A stretch of 64,000 nt of DNA, from contig JAZNKK010000078.1 of the NCBI GenBank assembly GCA_045578545.1, positions 6,178 to 70,177 of the forward strand, read 5' to 3'. Under the pieces are notes generated by a model. The model had not been told where the DNA came from. It searched no databases and was given only the letters and a program-made list of their open reading frames with translations. Positions 29,082-38,610 of this stretch are shown piece after piece; positions within the stretch are counted from its first letter, which is position 1, and each line of letters starts with the position of its first letter. The translations under genes were made by a program, and so were the position numbers. The stretch is from Lachnospiraceae bacterium. Lineage in GTDB: Bacteria; Bacillota; Clostridia; Lachnospirales; Lachnospiraceae.

Positions 29082-30815
29082 ATGAATGTCTATAAACGAT
29101 TAAATCAATTGCTGAATAAACAACAAAAACGGAAAGTTGCACTACTTATTGTGCTGATTTTTATCAGCGCGCTATTAGAAACGCTGGGGGTATCTATTAT
29201 TATTCCCTTGGTTTCGGCGGTAGTCAGCCCGGAGACCATTTTTGAAAATGAGTATGCGAAAGTAATTTTTGAAATGCTCTCCATCGAGAATCGGAATCCG
29301 GATCGTTTTGTAAGAATGCTTCTGGTGGCGACCATGGCGGTGTTTGTGATAAAAAATCTGTACCTGCTCTTTTTGTATTACATTCAGGCCCGCTTTGTAA
29401 CGAATACGGAAGCGACCACTTCGGTGCGGCTGTTTCAGGAATATTTAAATCGACCTTATGAATTTTATTTGAACGCAGATGTAAATGCTATGTTTCAAAC
29501 CATTAACAAGGATATTCCGCATGTATTTGAATTGTTGCAGGAGGTCATGAAGTTACTTACCGAGATTGCGGTGTCAGTTTGCCTTTGTATTGTACTTTTG
29601 ATTGTAGATACCAAAATGACGCTTAGCATTGCGGCCCTTATGCTGGTGATGGTTTTGTTTATGATTTTTATCTTAAAACCAAAGCTGGGGAATTTAGGGC
29701 AGGGACGGTTAAAACAACAGGTTTTAACTATGAAGTGGATGCAACAGGGGATTTTTGGAATTAAAGATGTTAAGGTTGCGGGAAAAGAAAAATATTTTCT
29801 TAGAAACTTTTCCAAGGCGTATCACAAACTGGCGGGAGTTACAAGAAGATACACGGTATTTAACAATACCCCCCGACTGGTCATCGAGACGGTGTGCATC
29901 GTAGGACTTTTGGGATATATGCTTGTGTGTATTATCGGAGGTGCGGATATGATGGAAATGATGCCGCAGCTTACGGCATTTGCCTTTGCTGCAGTGCGGT
30001 TGATGCCCAGTGTAAATCGTATTTCCACGCATCTTTCCACGATTGCATATTATGAGCCGTCCTTAAATTTTGTTTGTGATAATTTGAATATTGCCGGATT
30101 AAAGGAAGCGGATTTGTCGGAAAACGAAGGAGTAATGGAGTTAAAAGAAAAAATTCTTTTGGAAAATATTACTTATGCTTATCCGAATACCGAAAAAAAT
30201 ATTTTCCAAGAAGCAAGGATGGAAATCCCGGTGGGGAAATCCATTGGTGTTATCGGTAGTTCCGGTGCCGGAAAGACCACGATTATTGATGTGCTTTTGG
30301 GGCTTTTGGTACCTAAGAAAGGCTATGTTAGCTGTGACGGTACGGATATTCAAAGTCAATACGGGGCCTGGCTTCATAACATAGGGTATATCGCACAAAA
30401 TATTTATATGCTGGATAATACCATTCGCGCCAATGTGGCCTTTGGTGTGGAAGAGGAGGATGTGAACGAAGAACGGATTTATGAAGTACTTCGGGAAGCC
30501 CAGATGGAAGAGTTTGTTCGTTCTTTGCCGGAAGGCTTGGATACCATTATCGGCGACAGAGGTGTTCGCTTGTCCGGAGGACAGAGGCAAAGAATCGGTA
30601 TCGCAAGAGCATTGTATCATGATCCGGAGCTATTGGTATTTGACGAAGCCACCAGTGCATTGGACAATGAAACGGAAGCGGCGATTATGGAAGCAATCAA
30701 TTCCCTGAAGGGAAGAAAGACCATGGTTATTATTGCCCATCGGTTAAAAACGATTGAAAATTGCGATTTGCTCTATAAAGTGGAAAACGGCAAAATAGAA
30801 AGGACAACGCTGTAA
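29082..30815 (+). CDS. ABC transporter (fused TMD-NBD), PglK/Wzk-like lipid-linked glycan flippase, copy 1
   Basis: LETLGVS, PRLVIE, RLMPSVNRI, Walker A GSSGAGKTT, LSGGQRQR, FDEATSALD, IAHRL. Confidence 0.88.
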   Translation: MNVYKRLNQLLNKQQKRKVALLIVLIFISALLETLGVSIIIPLVSAVVSPETIFENEYAKVIFEMLSIENRNPDRFVRMLLVATMAVFVIKNLYLLFLYYIQARFVTNTEATTSVRLFQEYLNRPYEFYLNADVNAMFQTINKDIPHVFELLQEVMKLLTEIAVSVCLCIVLLIVDTKMTLSIAALMLVMVLFMIFILKPKLGNLGQGRLKQQVLTMKWMQQGIFGIKDVKVAGKEKYFLRNFSKAYHKLAGVTRRYTVFNNTPRLVIETVCIVGLLGYMLVCIIGGADMMEMMPQLTAFAFAAVRLMPSVNRISTHLSTIAYYEPSLNFVCDNLNIAGLKEADLSENEGVMELKEKILLENITYAYPNTEKNIFQEARMEIPVGKSIGVIGSSGAGKTTIIDVLLGLLVPKKGYVSCDGTDIQSQYGAWLHNIGYIAQNIYMLDNTIRANVAFGVEEEDVNEERIYEVLREAQMEEFVRSLPEGLDTIIGDRGVRLSGGQRQRIGIARALYHDPELLVFDEATSALDNETEAAIMEAINSLKGRKTMVIIAHRLKTIENCDLLYKVENGKIERTTL

Positions 30816-30816
30816 A

Positions 30817-31944
30817 ATGAAGATAGCTATTGTTTTGCCTCATTTTTATCCCTATGTGGGAGGCGCGGAAAAAATGTTTTATGACTTGGCGAAAGGTATG
30901 GTAAAGGCCGGTCATGAAGTGAAAGTGGTAGCGCGAAATGTGGGTGAAGAGTATCTTGGAACGAAAACAATGGAAGGAATGGAAATAAAGTACTGCCCTT
31001 GGAAATCCATGTTCGGACATCCTTTTCCGAAAAAAAAGGATATCGAAGAGGTAATGAAGTGGTGCGATGTAGTGCATACCTCTATTTTTACTACTTCACC
31101 GGTGGTAAGTCGCTTGGCAAAAAAATATAAGAAACCTTCTTTGTTAACCATATATGAAGCGAGAGGGCCGAAATGGTACTGGGCCGATAACTTTATCAAA
31201 GCAACGATATTTTGGTTGGTGGAACAGTTCAGCTGTCGGCAGAAATTTGATTGTTATCATGCCATCTCTGAAGCCACAAAGCAGGATGTGGAAAAGTATT
31301 GTAAACGAAAAAATGTCCGCAGAGTATATTTGGCAAACGAAATGGGCAAGACCGAAAATAATTCGGATTTTTCTTTGCGGGAGTATTTTGGAATAGCCAA
31401 AGAGGATGAAGTGTTTCTCTATTATGGGCGTCCGGGAAAAACAAAGGGCGTTATGGTGTATGAAAAAGCCATTGAAGAATTGGTACAGAGAAACCTTGAT
31501 TTGAGTCATGTGAAATTTTGTTTTATTTTGGGCAAAGAACCGGAAGACCTTAGGGCAGAATTTGTGAAACTGATTCAAAAAAAAGGATTGGGTGATATTG
31601 TTAAGATTAAAGAGTCGGTGGATCGAAAGGCGCTGAGTGCATGCATCGCACAGGCCGATACGGTGGTAGTGCCTTCCTTAACGGAAGGATTCGGATTTAG
31701 CGCATTGGAAGCCTGCCAAATTGGTACCCGTTTACTATATAGTAACGGTGGTTCCTTGCCGGAAGTGGTTTACGGAAAATGCAAAGCTTTTGAAAATCGG
31801 GATCCCATCAGCTTGGCAAACGGTATTCAATCCGTTTTGGAAAAAAAAGATGCTGCTTTTGAGGAGATTCCGGAAAAAGAATTTACGTACGAAGAAATGA
31901 TTGGCGGAATTGAAAAACTATATGAGGAATTGGTAAAAAAATGA
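30817..31944 (+). CDS. GT4 glycosyltransferase
   Basis: FYPYVGGAE, YYGRPGKTKG, VPSLTEGFGFSALEA, GGSLPEV. Confidence 0.88.
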   Translation: MKIAIVLPHFYPYVGGAEKMFYDLAKGMVKAGHEVKVVARNVGEEYLGTKTMEGMEIKYCPWKSMFGHPFPKKKDIEEVMKWCDVVHTSIFTTSPVVSRLAKKYKKPSLLTIYEARGPKWYWADNFIKATIFWLVEQFSCRQKFDCYHAISEATKQDVEKYCKRKNVRRVYLANEMGKTENNSDFSLREYFGIAKEDEVFLYYGRPGKTKGVMVYEKAIEELVQRNLDLSHVKFCFILGKEPEDLRAEFVKLIQKKGLGDIVKIKESVDRKALSACIAQADTVVVPSLTEGFGFSALEACQIGTRLLYSNGGSLPEVVYGKCKAFENRDPISLANGIQSVLEKKDAAFEEIPEKEFTYEEMIGGIEKLYEELVKK

Positions 31945-33986
31945 TACTGTTCTTGTGGATAATAGGTATGCTTGCAGCGTTTATGATGGTTGCATGCATG
32001 TATCGAAAAATTGAATCAGGTCGTCTTTTGATTGTGGCAACAGGAATGTATTTTTCCTTTTATGTGATTGTCAGCGGATTGCTCATGTGGATTAATTTCT
32101 TTAGTTTGAAGAAAGCCACGGCAGGGACCTTTGTGGTATGTGGATTGCTGACGATATTCTTCTTTCTTCGAAACGGGAAAGTGTTTCCGAAAATAAGATT
32201 GGCGTGGAAAAAATATTTGCCGTTGCTTCTTGTTCTTATCGCCTTTGCTTTTTTGGTACAGGAAAAAGCGGGAGCGTATCCTACCGGACAGGATGAGGGG
32301 CTTTATCAAATGCGGGCAGCTCTTTATATCGGAGGCTATAATGACAATGTCGTGGATTTTCCGGAATATGAGTTTATTACCAATGGTTGGGAAAAACAGG
32401 TCTATGAACAACAATTACAGGATATGGAAGGATACTATTTCCTGAAAGAAGACGGCGTGGAGGGTGCGAACGATGTGGAGGGAGTACTCCATGGAATTGC
32501 GACGTTTCCGGCGTTATTGGCCCTTTGGGGAAAAATGTTTGGCTACAGCAATATGGCGGACATCCATACGATCTTTTATCTTTTGGCAATTGGAAATACA
32601 TGGCTTGTTTGTGAAAATATGAAAATGAAACGCTGGGTATCATATACCATGGCAATTACCATGGGACTTTCTCCATTGGTGCTGTGGTGTGCAAAGAATA
32701 CTTTGATAGAAATCTTTTTGACGGTACTGATTTGCAGTTTTGTGGAACTGCTTACGGAAAGCCGAAAGAAAAAACTGGCGTTCTGGACCATGGTACCCAT
32801 GGCAGCAACCTGCTTTTATCATGTAAGTATCAGCGTTTTTATTCCCATGGTGGTGTTGATTTATTTGATTGGATTTTTACAGACGGGAAGCAGGAAGTGG
32901 TTGCTTTCCTTGGCAACACTGATGTTAGCGTATGCCATGGGATTTAGTATGATGATGGATACTGCATGGCATTACACCATGAAGAATTTCAGCACGTTAT
33001 TCGGAAGAACAGGCTATATACTAAATGAAAATAACGTAGAAGCGGTTGTATGGATTGCAGCTATGCTGGTATTGGCAGGAAGTATTGTTTTGTGGCTTCC
33101 CCGGATTTCAAAAGCAATCCTTCGAAAATGGAAAGCAATAAGAAAGAGTGAAAAGGCCGCAAATATTTTGGGTATTATCAATGCGGTTGTTGTGATTTTG
33201 ACGATTGTTTACTTTGTTTATAATGGCATAGAAATGGTAAAAATCGGTATGTGGGGATTGCGCCTTAGTGTGTTATCGTTTTGGCTGATGTCCGGATTTA
33301 TCCTCATGCCTTTGGCAGTGCTGGGAATGATTAGCAACGGAAAGAAAATGCTTCGAAGCAAAAATCTTATGATGATTTATCCCACCATAACCTATGTGCT
33401 TTTGATGTATTGCGGTGTGCTGTGGCTATTGATTTATTATTATTATTATTTTGCAAGGTACTATGCGCCGTTTATGATTTTTATATTGGTGGCAGCAGGC
33501 CTGGTATTAAATAAACTGAATTGGAAGATTTTTTTACCGATGATTGCAGTAGGTATGGGTATTATGATTCACCAAAATAAACTGGTATATACAGAGCGGG
33601 ATATGACGTACTGTGATTTTGAGGTGATTGAAAATATAGCCTCTTGTATCGGTGAAAAAGATGCCATTCTGATTTTTGAGCAGGGGTATCATATCCAAAG
33701 GATTTTTGCAATTCCCCTTAAGGGATTAACCGGAGCATCGGTTTACTATGTAAATCCGGATGCGTTGGAATCACAGATTGCAAATTTACAGACCATATAC
33801 GAAGATATCTTTATCTTGCAATATGATTTGGGATATTTTACAGAGGAGAACGGCCCTTATCGCTATGTATATCAGGGAGTACTGGAAACTTCCCTGTTTG
33901 ACAATTATGTGGATAGCGGTATGCCTTACCCGAAGGAAGTGGTGACCATGGAAAGTCCGGTGGCACTAATGCTGTATTTGGAGTAA
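31941..33986 (+). CDS. Large polytopic membrane protein, putative GT-C (PMT/ArnT-like) transferase
   Basis: GQDEGLY acidic loop motif, HGIATFPALLAL, about 15 TM segments, YYYYYFARY and a C-terminal soluble domain. A DPM-like GT2 follows. Confidence 0.65.
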   Translation: MILFLWIIGMLAAFMMVACMYRKIESGRLLIVATGMYFSFYVIVSGLLMWINFFSLKKATAGTFVVCGLLTIFFFLRNGKVFPKIRLAWKKYLPLLLVLIAFAFLVQEKAGAYPTGQDEGLYQMRAALYIGGYNDNVVDFPEYEFITNGWEKQVYEQQLQDMEGYYFLKEDGVEGANDVEGVLHGIATFPALLALWGKMFGYSNMADIHTIFYLLAIGNTWLVCENMKMKRWVSYTMAITMGLSPLVLWCAKNTLIEIFLTVLICSFVELLTESRKKKLAFWTMVPMAATCFYHVSISVFIPMVVLIYLIGFLQTGSRKWLLSLATLMLAYAMGFSMMMDTAWHYTMKNFSTLFGRTGYILNENNVEAVVWIAAMLVLAGSIVLWLPRISKAILRKWKAIRKSEKAANILGIINAVVVILTIVYFVYNGIEMVKIGMWGLRLSVLSFWLMSGFILMPLAVLGMISNGKKMLRSKNLMMIYPTITYVLLMYCGVLWLLIYYYYYFARYYAPFMIFILVAAGLVLNKLNWKIFLPMIAVGMGIMIHQNKLVYTERDMTYCDFEVIENIASCIGEKDAILIFEQGYHIQRIFAIPLKGLTGASVYYVNPDALESQIANLQTIYEDIFILQYDLGYFTEENGPYRYVYQGVLETSLFDNYVDSGMPYPKEVVTMESPVALMLYLE

Positions 33987-34004
33987 CATTTGGAGGAAAA
34001 AATT

Positions 34005-35036
34005 ATGAAATTGATTATTCAAATTCCCTGTTATAACGAGGCAGAAACATTGGAAATTGCACTTAATGATTTGCCGAAGGAAATTGAGGGAATCGATGAA
34101 ATCGAGTATTTGATTATTAATGACGGAAGTACGGATAAGACAGTGGAAGTAGCTTTGAATTGGGGCGTACATCATATCGTCAGCTTTACCAGAAACAAAG
34201 GATTAGCGAAAGGGTTTATGGCGGGAATTGAAGCATGTCTTTCTTATGGTGCGGATATTATTGTGAACACCGACGCGGATAACCAGTATTGCGGCGAAGA
34301 CATTGCCAAATTGGTTCAGCCTATTTTGGAAGGACGGGCGGATATTGTCGTGGGAGAAAGACCCATTGACCAGACGGAACATTTTTCTTTCCTAAAGAAA
34401 AAATTACAACATTTGGGAAGTTGGGTGGTGCGTAAAGCATCCAAAACCCAGATACCGGATGCCCCCTCCGGGTTTCGTGCATTTTCCAGAGAAGCAGCCA
34501 TGCATTTAAATGTCATTAACGAATATACCTATACTTTGGAAACCATTGTTCAGGCGGGAAGAAACAAAATGGCCATTACGTCTGTACCGATTCGAACCAA
34601 TCCGGAGCTTCGAAAATCCAGATTGTTTAGCAGTATGGGTTCCTATATCAAAAAATCCATGCTGACCATATTGCGGGCACTGCTTATGTATCGTTCCCTG
34701 GCGTGCCTTACCCTTGTGGGTGCCATTCCCTTTTTGGCGGGCTTTGGTATTGGAGTAAGATTCCTGGTATTCTTTTTTCAAGGAAAAAGCGGAGGACATG
34801 TGCAGTCCCTGATTCTGGCCTGTACCTTGATGATTATGGGATTTATGACCTTTGTCATCGGACTTTTGGGGGATGTTATGTCAGCCAATCGAAAGATTAT
34901 GGAAGATGTGCAATACCATGTGCGTAAGCTGATGTATGACCAGACGGACGCTAAGGTTTGGCAGGAAGCTGCAACCCAGGTATTGGAGAATGAAGAAAAT
35001 ATAACAGACAAAACAGGCGAGGAAAGAAAAGAATGA
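34005..35036 (+). CDS. GT2 DPM/GtrB-like polyprenol-phosphate glycosyltransferase
   Basis: IQIPCYNE, NDGSTD, NTDADNQY, PDAPSGFRA and two C-terminal TMs. A GGAGG RBS precedes the ATG at 34005. Confidence 0.88.
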   Translation: MKLIIQIPCYNEAETLEIALNDLPKEIEGIDEIEYLIINDGSTDKTVEVALNWGVHHIVSFTRNKGLAKGFMAGIEACLSYGADIIVNTDADNQYCGEDIAKLVQPILEGRADIVVGERPIDQTEHFSFLKKKLQHLGSWVVRKASKTQIPDAPSGFRAFSREAAMHLNVINEYTYTLETIVQAGRNKMAITSVPIRTNPELRKSRLFSSMGSYIKKSMLTILRALLMYRSLACLTLVGAIPFLAGFGIGVRFLVFFFQGKSGGHVQSLILACTLMIMGFMTFVIGLLGDVMSANRKIMEDVQYHVRKLMYDQTDAKVWQEAATQVLENEENITDKTGEERKE

Positions 35037-35824
35037 GTCAGCCCTTTGTGACGGTTTTTATCTTAATATACAACAATGTACAGGGATTGGAAAAAACCGT
35101 AGCTTCCGTGTTGTCCCAAAGCTATCGGAATGCAGAAATTATTTTAAGTGACGATGGCTCTTCCAATTATGACACGGAGCTACTAAAGCATTATGCAGGG
35201 AAGTTAAGAGAAAAATATGCCCAGGTCAGAATTAATGTCAATCCGCAAAACATTGGCACGGTAAAACACTTAAACAGGGTTTTTGCCATGGCGAAGGGAG
35301 AATATCTCATTAGTTGTTCCAGCGGAGATTCTTTTTACGAAGAAAAAACCGTGGGAAAAATTGTACAGGCCTTTGAGAAAAAGAGAACCCTGATTTTATC
35401 AACCCGAAGAGCGGATGTCTATCCGGAAGGAAAAACGAAAATCAGACCGTGGAAATTTACCGGCTGGGAGATGCGGTTTTTTCCGAAACGTTTTTTGCGT
35501 AAAATGATATGTGAAAAAAATGTACTTAGCGGTTGTTGTACCTTTTACAAAAAGGAATTATTTGAAAAACACGGTTTCTTTGACGAGAGTTATCATTTGG
35601 TGGAAGATTATCCCTATTATGTGGAACTTCTGCGAAAGGGGGAAACGATTGCGTTTAGTCCCATGATTACCGTTTCCCACGGCATTGGCGGAGTATCTAC
35701 GGGGAAAATACATCCCAGCATTTATAAAGATATTGAATTATTACGGGAAAAATTATACGGATGCCGAAAAGAATTTGACCCTCGTACGAAAAAGTTCTTA
35801 GAAGAATGTCATCAAAAGAAATAG
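35033..35824 (+). CDS. GT2 glycosyltransferase
   Basis: ILSDDGS, NIGTVKHLN, FDESYHLVEDYP, GGVS. The DxD position reads SSGD. Confidence 0.8.
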   Translation: MSQPFVTVFILIYNNVQGLEKTVASVLSQSYRNAEIILSDDGSSNYDTELLKHYAGKLREKYAQVRINVNPQNIGTVKHLNRVFAMAKGEYLISCSSGDSFYEEKTVGKIVQAFEKKRTLILSTRRADVYPEGKTKIRPWKFTGWEMRFFPKRFLRKMICEKNVLSGCCTFYKKELFEKHGFFDESYHLVEDYPYYVELLRKGETIAFSPMITVSHGIGGVSTGKIHPSIYKDIELLREKLYGCRKEFDPRTKKFLEECHQKK

Positions 35825-35838
35825 AAACGGAGGCAGGT

Positions 35839-36246
35839 ATGGAAATAAAAAAATATTCATTGCAACAGCATGGTGACGAAAGAGGCCATTTGGTTGCGTT
35901 GGAAGAAAAGATAGATGTACCGTTTGAAATAAAAAGAGTATATTACATGTTTGATACCAGGCCCGGAGTGGTGCGTGGAATGCATGCCCATAAGTCTTTG
36001 GAACAGTTGTTGGTATGTGTGCATGGTTCCGTAAAAATTCTTTTGGATAATGGCAGAGAAAAGGAAACGGTGATTTTGGATAATCCTTACGAAGGACTCT
36101 ATGTGGCAAACAATATGTGGAGAGAAATGTCCGAATTTACGGAAGGTGCCGTGCTTATGGTATTTGCATCCAAATATTACGATGAAGATGATTATATCAG
36201 AGATTACGATGAGTTTTTGAAATTTGTGGGAGTAAAGGAATCCTAA
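35839..36246 (+). CDS. fdtA: dTDP-4-keto-6-deoxy-D-glucose 3,4-ketoisomerase (FdtA/QdtA cupin)
   Basis: DERGHL, PFEIKRVYY, RGMHAH, MWREM, YDEDDYIRDY. A GGAGG RBS precedes 35839. Confidence 0.88.
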   Translation: MEIKKYSLQQHGDERGHLVALEEKIDVPFEIKRVYYMFDTRPGVVRGMHAHKSLEQLLVCVHGSVKILLDNGREKETVILDNPYEGLYVANNMWREMSEFTEGAVLMVFASKYYDEDDYIRDYDEFLKFVGVKES

Positions 36247-36258
36247 GGGAGGTAACAC

Positions 36259-37209
36259 ATGGATAAAATAGCCGTTTTAATTCCTTGTTACAACGAAGAA
36301 AAAACCATAGAGAAAGTCGTGAAAGATGCCAAGGCTGTTTTGCCGGATGCGGTTATTTATGTTTATGACAACAATTCGACGGATAAGACCGCAGAGATTG
36401 CAAAAGAGGCCGGTGCAGTGGTGCGACAGGAATATATGCAAGGTAAAGGATATGTGATTCGCAGAATGTTTCGGGAAATCGATGCTCAATGTTATGTGAT
36501 GGTAGATGGCGATGATACCTATCCGATGGAATACGCCAAAGAAATGACGGAACTTGTTTTGGAAAAGCAGGTAGATATGGTGGTTGGCGATCGTCTTTCT
36601 GCTACTTATTTTAAAGAAAATAAGAGACCGTTTCACAATTTGGGCAACTCTTTGGTAAGAGGAAGCATCAACCGATTGTTTCGTTGTGAAATAAAGGATA
36701 TTATGACCGGGTACCGGGCCTTGTCTTACGAATTTGTAAAGAGTTATCCGGTTCTTAGTAAAGGCTTTGAAATAGAAACTGAAATGACCATTCATGCCGT
36801 ATTTAATCAGATGGCCATTGCAAATGTGGTGGTAGATTATCGGGATCGTCCGGAAGGAAGCGAATCCAAATTAAATACTTATTCCGACGGCTTCAAGGTA
36901 TTGACTACAATTGTAAAATTATACAAAAACTACAAACCCTTGTCCTTCTTTTCTTTTATGGCAGCAGGACTTACCTTGGTGGCAGCTGTGATGTTTTTCT
37001 GGGTCTTTGCCAGATTTTTAAACAGCGGATTGGTAGAAAATATGCCGACTTTGGTTGTGAGCGGATTCATTGAATTGGCAGCACTGCAGGCCTTTTTTGC
37101 CGGTATGATTTTATCGGATATGGTGACAAAAAACAGAAGAGATTTTGAACACCGATTATGCGAAATCAGTGCGAGAAAAAAAGAATTGTTAAAGGAAAGA
37201 GATTTATAA
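36259..37209 (+). CDS. GT2 DPM/GtrB-like polyprenol-phosphate glycosyltransferase
   Basis: LIPCYNE, YDNNSTD, QGKG, VDGDDTYP, DIMTGYR, GFEIETE, SKLNTYSDG and two C-terminal TMs. Confidence 0.88.
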   Translation: MDKIAVLIPCYNEEKTIEKVVKDAKAVLPDAVIYVYDNNSTDKTAEIAKEAGAVVRQEYMQGKGYVIRRMFREIDAQCYVMVDGDDTYPMEYAKEMTELVLEKQVDMVVGDRLSATYFKENKRPFHNLGNSLVRGSINRLFRCEIKDIMTGYRALSYEFVKSYPVLSKGFEIETEMTIHAVFNQMAIANVVVDYRDRPEGSESKLNTYSDGFKVLTTIVKLYKNYKPLSFFSFMAAGLTLVAAVMFFWVFARFLNSGLVENMPTLVVSGFIELAALQAFFAGMILSDMVTKNRRDFEHRLCEISARKKELLKERDL

Positions 37210-37221
37210 AACGGATAGCAA

Positions 37222-38610
37222 ATGAATCAGAAGGAAAAAAACGGAAAAAAAATAGAATATAAAAATATGCTGGTTTTGGGAATTTGTATCTTGTTTTACG
37301 GATTTTTTTGTCTATATTACGGAGTACAAATCTGTGCAGATTCCAATAGTTATATCAATATGACTTCTGCCAGAGAACCGGTGTACCCGCTGTTTTTGGC
37401 ATTGTTTCGAATGATTTTTGGAGAAGCTTACTATCTTAATGCGGTGGTGTTTGTACAGAACATGATGATGGCTGTGGCAGTTTGGCTTCTTGTGATGTGG
37501 CTGAAAAATAAGTTTTCTTTCCGCTGGTGGGCGGTAGCTGTTATGGTTGTGTTTCACTTTGCCGTAGCACTTCTTTGCCAGTTTGCTGCGGGGCGGTCTT
37601 CAATTTATCCAAACAGCATTTTAACAGAAGGAATCACGTTATCGCTTTGGTTATTCTTTGTTTACTTTTTGTTGCAGGCTCTTTTTTCCATGAAAATAAA
37701 ATGGGTAATCTGCGCACTTGTGTTATCGGCAGTTATGATGGATACCAGAAAACAGATGGCGATTACGTATATTGTGATGTTCTTTACCTTGGCTTTGGGA
37801 TGGATAAAAAGAAGCGGCTATTGGAAAAAAATGGGTCTTACCATTGGAATGATTCTGCTTAGCATCGGAGTTGCCATTGCGGGAACCAGAATGTATAACC
37901 TGGTACTTCGGGGAGAATTTGCACAAAACACCAGGGATATGAATTTGGTGTTAACAACGACTTTGTACGTAGCGGATGTAGAAGATGCTGCACTGATTGA
38001 GGAAGATGCGGTCCGGGTTTTGTTTGAAGAAACCATGGAGATATTGGATGAAAAAGAATGCAATTATCAATATGCAAATCCCGGTTGGAGAAACTTAGAA
38101 GCACATTATGGTGCACATTACGATATGATTACCATTGATACAACCGCCAACGGTTTTATCAACTACGCCATAGAACAAGGATTTGCACCGGGATTAGATG
38201 CAGAACAGGAAGCGGACCGTATGAGTGGTGTTATTGTAAAGTCTTTACTCCTGGATAACATAGGTACGTATCTGAAGGTGTATCTGGCTTCCATGGGAAA
38301 TGGTTTAATCAATACGGTGGCCAAGCGACATGCCCTATTGGATTATTATGCACTGTTGGTTTATGTTTTGTTTATCGGATTGACCGTAGAAAGTATGCGA
38401 AAAAAAGAAACCCGAGCAGCAGGTCTTGTGGCACTCACGGTTCTTTGCGGGATATTGGTAAATGTAGGTGTGGCAGCCGCGCTGATTTTCTGCCAGACCA
38501 GATATATGATATATAATATGGCGCTATTTTACATGGCACTTTTCCTTATGGGATATGAAAATGCAAAAGTGCTTAAAAAAGGGAAAGGGAAAAAAGAAGA
38601 AACAATATGA
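37222..38610 (+). CDS. Polytopic membrane protein, putative GT-C glycosyltransferase
   Basis: TM1 is followed by CADSNSY...REPVYPLFL, then ILTEGITL and CQTRY. It is adjacent to a DPM-like GT2. Confidence 0.68.
   Translation: MNQKEKNGKKIEYKNMLVLGICILFYGFFCLYYGVQICADSNSYINMTSAREPVYPLFLALFRMIFGEAYYLNAVVFVQNMMMAVAVWLLVMWLKNKFSFRWWAVAVMVVFHFAVALLCQFAAGRSSIYPNSILTEGITLSLWLFFVYFLLQALFSMKIKWVICALVLSAVMMDTRKQMAITYIVMFFTLALGWIKRSGYWKKMGLTIGMILLSIGVAIAGTRMYNLVLRGEFAQNTRDMNLVLTTTLYVADVEDAALIEEDAVRVLFEETMEILDEKECNYQYANPGWRNLEAHYGAHYDMITIDTTANGFINYAIEQGFAPGLDAEQEADRMSGVIVKSLLLDNIGTYLKVYLASMGNGLINTVAKRHALLDYYALLVYVLFIGLTVESMRKKETRAAGLVALTVLCGILVNVGVAAALIFCQTRYMIYNMALFYMALFLMGYENAKVLKKGKGKKEETI

Noticed and set aside
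33435-33449. (TAT)5 microsatellite
   Set aside because: It is in frame and encodes YYYYY in a Tyr-rich motif before FARY. Slippage would not shift the frame.
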